Shown in pieces: positions 1 to 14,600 of a stretch of DNA of 64,000 bases. The translations under genes were made by a program, and so were the position numbers. Source of the stretch: Eukaryota sp. GEM-RC1 (taxonomy: Eukaryota); contig JAUFOQ010000013.1 in the NCBI GenBank assembly GCA_040285855.1, positions 62,001 through 126,000 on the forward strand, written 5' to 3'. A model generated the notes under the pieces. That model was not told where the DNA came from. It ran no database searches and saw only the letters and a program-made list of their open reading frames with translations. The stretch's first letter is position 1. Every line of letters starts with the position of its first letter.

Positions 1-335
1 CAGAATAAGTAATAAGTAATGACTCATAGGTTGATATTATTGATATACAACGAAAAAGTATCAGTAATGAAGTGATAGAACTTCTATATTCTAAATATTT
101 AATTACAGTGGTTGATCTTCAATGTAATCATTTTGATTCTCAAAAAAAATACATTAGAAAATTCCCAGTATCAGTGGATATTTTTGGAATTGGTTCTTGA
201 TTTCTGAAACAATTATCAAGGCAAAACAAACACAACTAGATCTAGTTTCTGTTTACTGATGAAGCTGTATTAAACTATTGGAGATGACTACATTTTGTTC
301 ATAGGTTTTCACCAATTTCTGTTAGTTGTTTAGAT

Positions 336-1032
336 CAGGGGTGAGAAAAAATATATTTATATTGTATATATTGCAATAAATATCTATCTATTTATTTATT
401 GTTTTGTGAGTTACCGACAATATATTTTTTGTTGGTCGATATATATTAATAACTTCTGCAAATGCATTTATTTCACTGACTGATCATAAACCCCGTTTTA
501 TATTTTTTTTGTTGGTCGAAACAATAAACAATATTATTGCAATATATTGCAATATATTAAAATATATTGGTGTCCTATTTTGTCTGTTTTTACAGTAATA
601 CATTGTGCCATATTTGAAGAAATGCAGTGTAAAGTGATCGATTGGAGGTTGCTGAGCACGATACAATTCTATCTGAGTCTTCTTTATGTCTGAAACATAA
701 GGAAATTGTTACCCACTACTTTTCAAATCTGTACTTGACACGATTTGTCCTGCTTAATACGACGGAAACCCAAGCTGTTCTGTTGTTGTGCAATTGGAGT
801 TACTCCAAAAGAGTATCTTCAATCAGAGTCTTATTCACTACACAATCTATTGAGCTCCTTTAGGACGATGACGAGTCTGAGGAACATTTGATATATCATA
901 AAAAATGTTAGAGCTGTTCTTGTCTGATCATTGACACATAGAAACTAAATGAAATTAACCAATATTTATTGACAATAAATAAATATATTTATTGCTTTCG
1001 CCAACAATAACAATATATATATTTCTCTAGTG
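336..1032. mobile_element. Possible non-autonomous DNA transposon (MITE-like)
   Basis: Imperfect inverted ends (CAGGGGTGAGAAAAAATATAT vs reverse complement of the right end CACTAGAGAAATATATATAT) and subterminal AT-rich repeats (TTGTTGGTCGA x2, CAATAA). No TSD seen. Confidence 0.3.
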
Positions 1033-1589
1033 ACTCCGTATACAATACTTCCCTCCACGTTTTTCGAATGTTTGAATACGTTGAAAACACTTGCCCCCAA
1101 TAGGGATTTTTCAACTATTTATGGAGTATTACGAATGTTATAATCGATGATATCGTTTATACAGTTCATTCTTGAACGTCACAGCTGGTCGATCTCTTTT
1201 GATCACCTTTATATGTCATTTTATTTTCCTCTTTTACTTTTGAACCACGGCTACTTTTCTACATCTTATGAGTTTCTTCAGTACTGCGCATTTTCTCCGT
1301 CGCGCTAATAGTACAGGATTCTCTTAGATATGTGGACTTTTCATCGCACTACATTTGTTCATGCGGGTGGTTCCTGCACGTAGGCATTTTGCATAGAATT
1401 TTCCATAACTGCTGTAGTCTTTTCTCTTTATCTTTTTCTTTAAGGCATACCGTTTATTACTCCCATCACATTCATATCCAATTTTTACTCCGGGGTTTCT
1501 TCAGTGATTATTCATTGTTGTTGTTATTATTAGCAGGTTTTTCATCGCTTAGCGTTCCTGTGCCCCCAAAAAATATTTATTTTTTGTAG

Positions 1590-1616
1590 AAAAGTGAATG
1601 TATGTATCTAAAATGA
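1590..1616 (+). promoter_or_regulatory. Bipartite AAAnTGA motif (19-bp period) upstream of a small gene
   Basis: AAAAGTGA (TGA 1595) and AAAATGA (TGA 1614); ATG at 1647. The same geometry occurs at 9 other sites. Confidence 0.6.
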
Positions 1617-1646
1617 TTGAAATTTATAATTGCATTACTTCTTCAA

Positions 1647-2096
1647 ATGATTAAACTTATTTGTGTCTCTAACGAACTTGAAGCTTTTATAATACCAAGA
1701 ACGAACCATGATGACTTTTCATTCACATGCGAATATGATCATATGAAAGAATTGGAAAGCAATATCATTTGCAGTACTTCTAATTTTAGAAAAGACTCAC
1801 TAATCGAAATTTTCAACTACGAAAGGACAATTGATTCTTATCTTTATGTTCTAAGAAAATCTGAATCATCATTGTTTTCGAAATTTTTTGGAATAAACAT
1901 TGTCTCCTTCAAAGATGTATCTGACAATTTAGTAAATCCTAATGTTATAAACTTCCATGTCATGGATTTGATTCGTAGTATACACCTGATATACGAATCT
2001 AGAGTTTGTTCTTGGTTTGCTAGACCTAAACCAGTTTTGCCTTCTCCTTCTGGTTTAATGTTTTTCAGCGATTATGAAGATTCTGATAGTGATTAG
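1647..2096 (+). CDS. Unknown ~149-aa protein, member of the cassette family (MIKLICVSNELEAF...IYESRVCSWF), acidic tail
   Basis: Open frame from ATG 1647; motifs shared with the ORFs at 29555, 30438 and 30992. Confidence 0.6.
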   Translation: MIKLICVSNELEAFIIPRTNHDDFSFTCEYDHMKELESNIICSTSNFRKDSLIEIFNYERTIDSYLYVLRKSESSLFSKFFGINIVSFKDVSDNLVNPNVINFHVMDLIRSIHLIYESRVCSWFARPKPVLPSPSGLMFFSDYEDSDSD

Positions 2097-2182
2097 TTCG
2101 TTCCCTCCTTTTGTCAATCCAATTTTACTGTAGAGCTTACTTCGGTGGTTACAAGGTTTCCCATTCTGTCAAAATATTCTGA

Positions 2183-5143
2183 ATTAAAAGATTTGTAGCA
2201 AAAAACAAACTAAAAAAGTAATGAAATTCTGAGTAACGAAAATTCCTTCCTCCACTGAATAGAATTACAAAAACACATTGAAGCAAATATACAACGTATA
2301 AAAAACACACGTTCAAATCCAACACTAACAGAACAAAAAACATCAAATTCAATAATGATAATAGAAACAACCAGGCTTTTTTTGGAAATCATTGTGATTT
2401 TGAATCATTTTAGAACAAATACACAGTAGACCTGGACCAAGAAGCGCAAGTAATTCAGATATATGTACTAAAGTTATCAGACACTCCTAATAACAAATAA
2501 CGTAGACCAATTCTGTGAGTTTGATTGAAGAATATTTTCCCTTGCCATTACATTTTTTAACATTTCTAATGTTAAAGAACTCCTTATATGAGTTTTCAAA
2601 ACTGTTGCAATTAATTAACAAGATAAGAATAGTGATGTGATAATTGTGCATTGTAAGTCTGTGTTCAGAATACAAGCATAATTAAGCATAAACAAGAGAT
2701 TGATCACGTCAAGAATTGACACGTGTCCACTTGGCACAGACAGAATGAGAGTAAAACCCGCCTAATTAAACTTCCTGTGGTATAACAGCTTGGTAAAAAT
2801 ACAACTGAAATGATACCAACACTGATTATAGTGACAATTAAATTGGTGTCAAAATAGACATAAAAGTTGAATCATTGTCGTTGTGAAACTTAGTCCAAAT
2901 TTCCCTCAGATTGACCTTCATAAGTTCGTGATTCATTAAAAGTCTGGATCTAAGTTCAAAATGACTCAGCTTAATCAAATGGTTAAGTTACATTCTTACA
3001 AATAGTTTTGATTGTGATTTGTAACTTAACTTAGAAATGACACCGTCAGAACTGAAGATAAAAGTGGTAGCAAGACGTGAAATTTAGAATCACACTAGTT
3101 GAATTTCAAAATATTGAGAATTATAAAGTTCAAATTGCAAATCTGAGTTAAATATTAGTTATCGTAAAATATGATCATACAAGTCCTGATTTTTGGCCAG
3201 AAATAATCGATTTCTGGAATAATAGTGAGTAATGATTTTGAACAAATTGGTGAGATGCTAAACTAATGACAATTTTAAAAGTTCAGCAATTTACAGTTTT
3301 AATAAAACCATTGATGTTGGACAAATTATAATTGTGTTTTGGAAAGATTCAGTTATTGACTCGTCAAAAGTGAAGGTTTACTTAGACCTTTGGTTCACCA
3401 ATCATGGAACAGCAGAAGCATATCTTTTAGTTAGTTGCTGATATTCAACTGAGCAATGAGAATAAAGAGCAGTATGTTGACCAGGAATGTAACCACACTA
3501 CAAGACAAATGAAACTCGTTGAAAGGGTTCAAAGAGTTAAAGTGGGAAAGTTCTTAGAATAATCACAATCAGCAACTGTGACATGGTCATTAACTGGAAG
3601 GAAAGTGGATGGATTGAAGTGACCATGAAGAAGGTTTAGATAAAGACACTTCTATATGCGGTGTTTTGTTGGAGTGGGTTTACGATGGTGTTTGTTGTCA
3701 GAATTTTTCGGAAGGGGGAGGAGAGAAGCTTTCTTCCCAAAGCAAAATCAAGACTGTCAATGATAGTGGTGCAAATATCAAACAGAAGAGAGGGGAGGTT
3801 CAGAAGGAAGAAGAAGATTAAACAGGGAGAAGTTGGAGATGTTCCTTCCCTGGCAGAGTAGATAAAGTGACGACAACGGCAGAGAGAGTACACCATTCAG
3901 AAGCGTATACCTCATCGAATCCACCTTCTACAATCGAGTTTTGGAGAAAGATATGATCGGAGAGAAATTTGATGTCCTGTGAATACGCACGAAATGCTCC
4001 GACCAACTCACTCAGAGAAGAGTGTCATCTCAACTCCTCAGGAAACTGGAGACCACAAAGGATACAATGCTTTCAACACGTTAAGAACAGAGAATACACT
4101 GTACGTTATATGTAAGAGAAAGAGACGAGTGCTATATCAAGGGAACTGGAGATGTTTGATATTGACTAGGAGAGAACGTGTATGGTCATCAATACATTTT
4201 GCTTGAATACCACATTCTTGTTTTTGTTGTGTCCTATGTCGAACTATGTAGAGTGGTCAACAACAAGGTACTGACCTTGTTAAGGAGATATGTCAAAGTT
4301 TAAGGAGAATCTTTTGTTCTGTAGTATGTGAAGTTGATCTACACTGGTACCAAAAGGCTGTTTGACACTGATACTTCACTTCACAACTTACGTTTTTGAA
4401 CGAAACAACATTGAAAGTCCATTATTATAGTACGTTTATCTACTACCTTATTGTCTTTAACATAAAAGTGATTTGAATATTGAGTATTTGAGAAGACAAA
4501 TAACGCATTTGAAATACGGAACCAAAACTTTCAACTTGTGCTGCATATTTGAAAGGGATTTTAATAAACATATGGTCTGTTTTGTCCCTCTGCGAAAATT
4601 GTTTGAATAGAAATCAGAATAGAAAGTTCTTGTTCTCACAGACAATCTCAGTAATTTGAGAAGCAAACATAATTGTAGTAATTCCAGAGATTACTGCAGT
4701 AATCGTAATTGTAGGAATTCCAGAATTCATGACCTAACAATTGACAACAACTCAGTAATTTTGAAGAATGTTTGATATATCTTTGAAACAAACCTGAACA
4801 AAAGGGTTGAAAGAAGTACATATTCAAAAATGCAAAGGTAATGATGTTGTATTATCTGTAGTTTTAATAATTGGCAAAGACAACAATAATGTTAGATGAA
4901 CGACTACATGTACATGTTTTTAAATTCGTTTCTATTTATACTATAATTCCTTGAGTAAATAGAGACTGATCAATAGTTTCTCACTTCTAGTCTGACTCAA
5001 TTCTTTCTTCTTGGTTTGCTCCTATTTTCTGCCCTGCTTTTGGAGAAACACAACCAAGAAGCAATTTTTCCCTCCGATTATTCCTAGACCGTTTTCCAGT
5101 AGACTACTTTGTTCATCTGTCTTCTGTTTTGGTTATGTACACT
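2183..5143 (+). repeat. ~3-kb dispersed repeat, copy 1
   Basis: Colinear and highly similar to 31947-35043 (e.g. GATTGATCACGTCAAGAA, CATACAAGTCCTGATTTTTGGCCAGAAAT); no recognisable intact protein. Confidence 0.9.
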
Positions 5144-6204
5144 TTTCGAATCGAAGGTGAGAGAAATCGAAGAAATTCTTTCAGTTGATAGAAGTCGAAT
5201 CCATCTACCTCTCCATCAGTTTTGTAAGAGCTGGACATTGGAACAGCAATTGAAGCATTATTATGTTTCTCTGCCATGGTTTGGAAGGAGACTGAGGGAG
5301 TCATTGTTCGATTGGGAGTCATAATGTTTTCATTTTATGTTCTTCGAGGAGCTGTAATTGTTTTTGTTGCTTTAGACGTTAGTCCGCCGCCACCCATGAT
5401 GGCCGATTTATATCATGAATTGTTTTTGTCTTCATCATCAGCATTACTAAAAATAGTAATATATAAGATCCAAATGAAAACGAGAAGTTCCAATGTTATA
5501 ACCAACAATACTATGTAATTTGTCGGTTTGTTATCTATATTAACAGCTTCAGTTTTTGGATTACCACTTGCATCCGTTATTGGTAATGATCATGGAGGGG
5601 TGAGTGACGTGAATTTCTGTGTGTTTGGTGTTTCGAATCAAAAGGCAATTTCCTGAATAAAATTTATAACATTTCTACAAAAATCAAAGTTTCTGGGGAG
5701 ACACACATCTTTGATGTTGAGGTATTCATACAATTCAAGTTTAGCACAAATTATGCTTCCTAACCACCCGACGGAAATTCCAGAGGAGCTCATGAAGATA
5801 TCTGCATTACACATTCCTTTTTCGTCATTAGTTAAATCATATCCGATCTTCAAAGTCAAAAACCAATTGCGGAACCTAGTAATTTCCAGTTGCATTTAAT
5901 TTGAAAAATATAATTTTTGAAGAAAAATGACAAAAACATCAGATCTAATATTATGCTTCTCTACGGACTTTATTCCACAGAGGTTTTCGAACATTATCGT
6001 AAAATTGGGAAACACATTGAGTTTTTCTGTCCCTTCCATTAGGACCATTTTTTACCGAACTAATTAAGATTAGAATTTTCGCATATCTCAAAGTATTGGA
6101 TGAATGATCGATTGATTCTGAGGCGAATAAAGGAATAACAGAAACAAAGTGATTAAAAAGCTTGATTAAAACCATTCATTAAAGAAGCAGATGAAAGAAA
6201 TGAC

Positions 6205-7343
6205 TTGAGAGCTCTGGAATTCGTTGGTCCTTTCTTTTCTAAGATTGATGACTTGTTGAATGATGACGTGATGGCCATCACTACTGAAGGGTTTAAAACT
6301 CTTGTTAAGTACTGTACTTCTACTGAATCCCAATCGTGGTTTATCAAATCAATTGTGGAATCAATTTTGAATCAACGTTTCGATTTGAATGAATTTTTAA
6401 ATATCTTATATTCTTGTTCAATTGAAGCCTTTTCTTTTCAACAATGGAATGAGTTGTTGTTTATTCCTTTAACAGATGTTGAAGAATTGGAAGCCGATTT
6501 GATGAAGTTGCTGTTTACAAGTGTTAAGAATCTTTATTTTGACTCTTTGGTGAAGGAAAATTCGGTTTTGAAGGAAGATATGTCTGAATTAAGAATTAAC
6601 AATTATCATTTGGAGCGCAAAAATTCTGATATAACATCACTTACTGCTGATTTGACAAAAAAATTGACGCCTTGAAGACAACAATTTTTGATTTAGAAAC
6701 CAACAATTCTGATTTAGCAATACAAGTTTCTAGTTTAACAAGTGAAATTCACAATTTAAGTGCAACAAGTTCCAACGAAATAAGAAAAAGTAATCTACAT
6801 GATGAAGAAGTACAACTAAAAAAGACAGGACCCCAACCGGTGTATCAATCAATTCCTCAATCAAACGTGATTAAGTTTTCTCCAAATAGGAAACATATTC
6901 AGTTACAAGTTAGTGAGGATGGAAAGAGAGTTGTTGTTGGAAGTGGTGGTAATGTACGCAGAAATATTTTGGGAGAAAATCCACTTCTTCCAGGTAATGT
7001 TTATACTTGGAAGTTGAGGTACCAGGGGTATACTAAGAATCTTGTTGTTGGAGTCATTGACGAGTCAAAGTTTAGTGTCGATGGTGATTGTTTTGAAAAT
7101 GCCCACTGTTTTCACAATTATGCCAATTACGTTTCTGGTTGTCTCTCAGGTAACAAGACTCATTGGAATCTTGATGAATTACTCGAAATTAACGCAAATT
7201 TAATCACTTACACTTTAACAATCAAATCTATGAGTTATACTTCAATTAATCTTACTGGAACTCTTCCCAGGGTAAGTGAAGGTAATTATTATCCATGGGC
7301 TTGGATATATTGTAGTAATCGTGTTCTTGAAATTGTTGAATAA
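6205..7343 (+). CDS. Coiled-coil + SPRY/B30.2-like protein, frameshifted at ~6672; 5' part probably extends upstream to ~5700
   Basis: Heptad-like region followed by VSEDGKRV, GNVYTWKLRY, NLVVGVID, YYPW motifs typical of SPRY-type beta-sandwich domains. Confidence 0.6.
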
Positions 7344-7790
7344 AAAACAACAATTTTGAAATATTCAAATGATTTTGGTTTAAAAATCAGTGAATATATT
7401 GATATGTGAGGACTTCTTAATTCAAAAATGTAGTTACAACATGTCACTCAACAAGGAGTTGCATGATAATGAAGCAGATTTATGTACTGAGACAAACATA
7501 CAACAAGAAACTAGATATAAACAAAGACTATTAGAATTTAAGTGCAAAAAAACTCCATCATTGGATATATTTCAAAAGCTTTTTTCCAAGTTAAAACTAC
7601 ATAAAAAACTAGCCCAAGTGAATAAATATCACTAGCAAGTCAAAGATCTGAAAAAATCTACTCAGGGATAGTATATTTTTGTTGGCCACAGGTGTTATGA
7701 TGTGGCAGTGTTGAAGTATAGTGTAGCTAATTATAAATCATATCATCGTTTCCCCCTTGTTATGTCTACCCATTCAGGTAACAATAATTA

Positions 7791-8690
7791 GTGTCCTTAG
7801 AAGCTGGAGCCGAGACAATTGCCCATATTGTAGCGAACGACCTATCATCTAATAACTTTGAAATAGTTGTTAAGCTTGACATACGAAACGCTTTCAACTC
7901 AATAAACCGTCAAACCTTGGCTGCTCATCTTGAACACACAATCTTCGCAGGCTACTTTAATGTCATGTATTGCTCTCCCTCTTATCTATGCTGCAACAAC
8001 ATGAACATCAAATCCACCTCTGGCGTTCGTCAGGGTGATCCCATATCCTCCTACTTGTTTGCATTGGGAATGAATTCCGTTCTTATCCAAATTGCCTCAA
8101 ACTTTCCTAGTGTTAAGACATTAGCGTATCTGGATGACTTATTCATCTTAACCAATAAAAGTCAAATTGATAAGATAACCTCGTTTCTTGTAAAGGAACT
8201 TGCTGCCATCTCTCTCGATCTTAATCAAGAAAAAACAGAAATTCTATCCCTACCTTTAGGTGGAGAAATCCTTGGTTGCTTCTTTGGCAATTGCACAACT
8301 AAACATCTACTAAAAACCAAAGATTCCCTTACTGAGAGTATCCACCTCACAAGGCACATTGATATTCAATCTGCATTGCTATTAATCAGATTTTGTATCA
8401 ACAGCAAGCTTACAGCAGGCTTGCAAGAACATGCAACCCTAATCTTTCAACTCAATTCTTTCATGAAGTTCATCAAGTAATTATTGATGAACTGGAACTC
8501 CACCTGGATTCCAAACTACCTTTTCCCGAACTCTTCCAATCTCCATGGGAGGGCTGGGCATTACAGATTTTTCTGCTATCTCTAACCAGTGCTTCTCTGC
8601 TTCCCTGGCTGCCGCTTTTATCTGCTCCAGCTACTACTTTATTAACGATACGTCTTCTTTTGACAATTCCATCATCCTTTCTTTAACCAA
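7791..8690 (+). pseudogene. CRE-like non-LTR retrotransposon reverse transcriptase fragment
   Basis: GAETIAH, LDIRNAFNSI, GVRQGDPISSYLF, YLDD, LLLIRFCINSK, then MGGLGI in a shifted frame. Confidence 0.85.
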
Positions 8691-11600
8691 TGACATTAGT
8701 TCTCGTGGTAGAAGCGACAAAGACTCGACAGCTCTCAAGATCCCTCGACAGCTTCTTGGAGCCCTCGAGATGAAGGATAGTTCTACTACAGCCTTATTTG
8801 GCCCTCGCATTCACAGTCCTTCTGGTTACCCACCAGGTTCCAGAGAAGATGAATCTCCATTTAAAGATCCCCAGACAACCAATCCTGGTCCTCTGGATGA
8901 TGGTATCTCCCAAACAACCCCTCAAGATGCTTTGGATGTCGCTGCTAACCAGACAACCTCTCACGGTCCTCTGGCTGGTTCCTCTGTCGTATCCCCCTGA
9001 CTTCGTTCAAATTGAAGATTTAACACGGGAGGAAGAACGTCTGTTCCATAAACAACGTCTTGAAGCAACTCAGAAACAACTAAAAACTGCAGCTGATAAA
9101 GTCGACAGGTTAATGTACCCCAAACCTACTCATGGTTGGGCCGTCCCGGTTCATAAGTTAATGACAGACGAGGAACGTCGGAGATATAACAACGCAGAGA
9201 AGGCTAAGCTAGTCCAGCGCCAGTTCCCTGAGGCTACTCGGAACCCGCATAATTGGCATATAGCCGCGATACCGAATGGGCTCATTCCGTTCGCCAACTG
9301 CCAAGACTCGCTCATTGGTATCGATGATCAACTTTGTTTGATCCCTACAATGTGACCCTTCGAAACAGATTGAAGAAAGCCAAGCATATTTTAATCAGAA
9401 ACGTACCACCGATGACTCTTTTAGAAGTGATCAGTGGTTATCTTGCAGATAAGTTTGGTCCAAGACGCTGAGATACCTGTAGATTTCCCCTCAACGAATC
9501 TTGGGATCCAGCACATGGAATTTCTGTCAAGCCGTTAATGGAAACGTTTCACCCATCTGGCCAGAGTCTGATGTACGAGTACCCAGCATGGTACTAATAC
9601 AGCTTGTCCATTAAGAGATGCTGCTGTAAGCACAGCGTGAGTTCCTACTGTCCCTGAATACTACAACTTGCCACCTGGCAAATCGTCAGATCAAGTTTGG
9701 AGTATTTTGCCTCCTACTCGATACGAGTCAATCGTCCTATGGTATGAGAGGCGACCAATTATCGACTCCAACTGAGGGCTCAAACAAATGGGAACAACAG
9801 ATCCATGATCCTCTGTAGGAAGAACCGCGACTGTTTAGGTCCTCTCAAATCTTCACGGTAATCCACCGTTGTATCAACTTTCTCTCCCATTCCCATCAAT
9901 TCTTGATCAATATTTCAAATGATGACGTGACTCTCGAGCTAGATCTTTTCAACCAAACCAATGAGTTCCTCTCTCAGTTCATTGACATTGTTTACCATGA
10001 GTTCTGGTCCTCTAATGACACTTACTCTCTGATCAAAAGACCGCGATTTACTCGATGCGACCAAACATCCAGTAATTTAAGCTTAAATTTAATCAAGTGT
10101 GATCAATTACAGTGTCACACTGAGTAAGTGCGAGATACTTACTTGGGACAATCCTGGTGAAGCTCTTGGTGGATTTGTCGGTAACAACAATAATTCTTGT
10201 ATTGCTGACAAAGTTAATTCGATTGTAAGATATGTTGAAAAGTTACGATGCTAGGTTGTTGTTACAGTAAACTCTCACTTTAAATCAGAAAATCTGAATC
10301 AATTGAGAAGTATCATCAAAGTCACAACGATCAATGGAGATTCTGAGTAGTTGAAATTACTTCTTCCACTGAATAGAATCACTAGAGGTTGACTTTTAAA
10401 AACTGAATGACATTGCTTTGTTTGAAAACAGTATTCATATAAAATCATTAAATTTTAAATCTAGGATAATCGAGCAATATTCAAACTGATGATTTAAATC
10501 AAGACTTATCAAAAGTTGATGCCACAAAGTGAAACACTAGTCAAAAGAGAGCATTGTTTTGACTAGTTCAAACAACTAAATTACAGCGCAATGGTGTTTC
10601 TCAATTATCAAGCCACAACATTTAAAAACAATTAAAATATGAGAAACAAAAAGATTCTTGAAATAATCCGAATTAATAAAAAAGTCAAAAGGCCCAAAGA
10701 AAATGTGAAAAAGAGATGTCATCAGTACTGATCCATAGAAACGTCATCAAAGAGAAAATCACGAGGACTGAAAGAATGATTGGAATAACAACGCTCAAGG
10801 CTTCCAGAAACTGATGGGTTGATTATAGAAGGATACGTTCATTAGAAAGAGTGTCTATAGATTCCGAAAAGTGACAAGCTATTGAGATGAGTGTCGCCAC
10901 GTATGACATGACGTGTCATTGGTGTTATCTGATCTGTTGCTATAAATAAACACTCTTGTCTCTCTTTGTTCTTCGTGCCTAGATACGTGATTTGCCAACA
11001 TGAGGTAGAACTTCTTAAGAAGTGACAGTAAATCTGCCTCTTTACATCCCGTTAAAGAAATAAAAAGAAACAACAGAAGATGTTGTAAACAAGTAAGAAG
11101 TTGTAGACAATCAAACAAGACAAGATCACTAGGTTAAGATGTTAGACATGATAGATATGTATAAGACCAATCATTAACAGGAGCGCACCTTTTCATTTGG
11201 GCATGGCGTCGCTCTCAATAGAGTAGTTGTTGATGACGTCATCATGAAGAAGAAGCAGAATACCTACGTGCATTCTTCGTCCATCATTCCTACTCAAAGT
11301 TCTTCATAGAGCGGTACATTCGTAAGACGTATGGAACCTCCTTACCTCCTTAAACGATGAAAGGAGGAACCAAACGGAAGTGTAGTGACAAAGTTTCCCC
11401 ATTTGTTATATTCCCATGAAAGATGATGCGAAACTATTACAAGATGTTATCTTCTTTGAAACTGTTTAGAATCTGATGTCCATGAATAGTTTAGAAGTAA
11501 CAGATATAAAAGTAAGGTTGAGACTGTAAGTTATGAGTATGCTGTTTCACACGGAAGTAGAGAAAAGGGAAAAGTCGCATGATCAGGATCACCATAAGGA

Positions 11601-14600
11601 TTTCTTAAAGGGTTTCAATCTCCACTGTTGCTGATTTAGTCATGCATGTTGTCTAGGTGTAGTTGTGACCTTATTAAACATCCTTCAATCCATGACGTCA
11701 TCATTGAAGACGTCATTGGAACATCACTAACCTTCCAAAGACCGTTAATATCGAACAAGTGATCTTCATTCAAGTTTTTTTAACCTTTATGGGATCTTGA
11801 TATACACTATTTTACATTTGATTTTAAAGTTGATGTAATTACGATAATAACATTTCTGAATAATCATTTTATTTAAAAAGGTTGATCAAGGACGCTGACG
11901 TGATTACTGCCGTGTATCGGTAAAAGCGATGTAATTGCAAACTTCAGTAACATTGGAACAAGACAATCTGAGTCACAATCACGACCTCTAACGTCATCAA
12001 TAGCAGAAACATATACAACACTTGCAATTGAACATCATCATATCTAAAAGACCAGTTCAAAGAATCCTGATCTTTAAGCTGAGAGCACATACAACCTAAT
12101 GAGAATGTTCTTCCCGCTCTAAGTACAAGGTGAGGTAACAGGTTGAGAAGACTTGAGTGTTCGAAGCAGGAGAAATACAATGACTCCTAGAGTTCTGACT
12201 TCTAGACCCAGTCAAAGTATATAGAGTAGGTAGAAAGTGGATCTAGTTGAGATACTTGTTGAGTATGAGTAGACATAGCGTTCGAGAGACTTGCCTTTCG
12301 TTCCATAGGACTTATGTGGGAAATAAGTTTAAGTTGTCCCTTCCAGATTTCTAAACTTGTGGATACATCACCGAAGAGGAAAAGAAAGCGCTCACAGGAA
12401 GAAAGTTGTTGCAAAGGCCTGCTTCAAAGGAGGCCAAACACGTGACTAGCAGATGTAATATGTTGGGTCATAGATGGTAAGGCTCCAGATCAGAGTCCTG
12501 TTATGAAGCAGTTCAGAGGACTTTTGAACTTCAAAAAAACTCAAATACAATAGCATCATCTACTGCTATACATGAGATACAAACATCATAAAAGTCACCA
12601 CTAACTATCGAACTTGACGAACTTGACATGTCTTCTTCTTATGTCCAACGATTGTGACTTTTCCATATGATCTCAAACACACGATCTTGCTAGTCCCAGC
12701 TAATTCTTCTCGTTCTTATACTCCAACGTCAGCAAGAATTCTGACTGTACACTGCTGTGCTAGCGAAATGTTCAGAACATCAGACGATCAATTATGACTA
12801 AAGAGCCATGAAGACGATCACGTTTGATAGTGTCATGTTATTCAAACAAAGATCTAGAAGACAAAAGGAGCGTGAGGTCTTCGATAGATTTTCCTATCAC
12901 TATATCCTTCCACTTAATAGAGACACTGTTTCCGGTATTTACCATCAGGATCCAGAAGTGCTACCGTATTTGGAGAGTTGAGTCTGCTTCTACATGAACT
13001 GACATCTTTCGTATAACTTATTGTCCTTGATTCATAAATCACATCTATAAGACATCACGAATTTAGTTTCAGATACAAATCTATAATGGGATTTGTCAAA
13101 GCATACATTACAACTCGTACAGTAGTTTTGTTGAGTCTTCCTAAAAAATATTTTATAAACACAAATACATCTGGGTCATCGACACTTTCAGTCACTGTAG
13201 AAATATGTATTTGAAGAAGGGTCAAACTACAATGTCAATGCTCAGTCTAGAATTCAGTACAACCAAATCTTACATTATGAGATTCACTCCTTGTTTCCCT
13301 TGTTAGACTATCTATAGGCTGTAAGAGACAACTAGCGGCATCTGATAGATAACGATGATTTTCATCTATACATGATCTCACTTTAATACAATGCCTTCAC
13401 AAGCCAAAGTCTATTCAACTTGCTCTATAAAAACACACTTGTTCATGAATTCATGCATCTTTTGGGATAGAATCATCCACAGATCGGTCTCACATTGTTG
13501 TTTCTTACTCTTCCCGCCAATTAAAGAAGCCTTCTCTATCAAGCTTTCCTCCATCAATACTCCTGGACAAACGTATCTTTCTGCCACAAATCTGCTTTCT
13601 TCGTAGTCTCATTGTGTTTAACAGCGGAAACGTCTTTGTCATATACTTGATGGCTGTTGCCACGTATGAATATTCCTGTAATACTCTTGTCACGACTGTC
13701 TCCATTTCTTCTCCAAAAGAAGCAACATAGGGAAAGACTTCCTCAGTGCTTCTTCTTCTATAACTAAAGGCTGTTGAAGGAAGCTGCTCCGTGCCCCCAC
13801 AGCCCAACCCCCCCCCTTCACCATTGTTGAATGATCTTTGCTCATTTACTGATCAATAACAATTCTCTTCTCAATCACGTCTCTCTGTAAGTCTTTCTCT
13901 TCCTTTGAAAGGTTCTCCCTCTTTTCATACTTTCTGTGATCTCTTCTAAATCAAATAATTCTATTGATTGGCAGTCACGTGATTGTATCTCAAAGATCAC
14001 GTTTTGATGGGAAATCTATTTAGTATAACGAAACTGACTTGTGAATTAGTAATAATTCAGAATTTGAATATTTTGTCTGATTTTTCCTCCCATGCTGATT
14101 CCATCAACAACAAACACTTACTTGTCTGACAGAACAACAATTTTAGTAGTTATAAAGAACATTTTAAAACATACTTGAAATGATCAAGATATTGGTATCT
14201 ACTTTATTTTTGAAAATGTTTTTCTCCAAAATACTCACCACTTAAAGCTAATAATAGCTAGAAAACTTTTGACTTTTTAATAATTTTCTTTAGATGATGT
14301 CTTTGTTAAGTGCTGTTTCTTTGCTGCATCAAATTCTCTCACTTCAACAATTTTCTTTATTGTATTTTTCATTTAATTCATTCTGTCATTTAGTGATTCT
14401 ATTCAGTAGAAAAAGTAATTTTCCCTACTCAGCATCTCTTCTTGATCTCATGAACTCATTTGTTTTTTTTTCAAATAGCTAACCAGTTTATTTTAAGATG
14501 ACTGTTTTAATTAAAATGAAAGTGACTCAATTTCAGTTGCTCCTTTAGTCTGACCAATCCTAAGAAGTCAGTGAGCCTTATAGAGCACGTCAAGTCTGAT

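Noticed and set aside
7791..8480. Prokaryotic RT system (group II intron, retron, DGR)
   Set aside because: The motifs and the downstream GGLG/CCHC/RLE region in related copies fit eukaryotic CRE-like non-LTR elements; no template repeat or msr-msd seen.
8700..14000. Degenerate coding-like segments (e.g. ORFs 8798 and 13505), possibly LTR/DIRS relics
   Set aside because: No diagnostic motif could be read with confidence.
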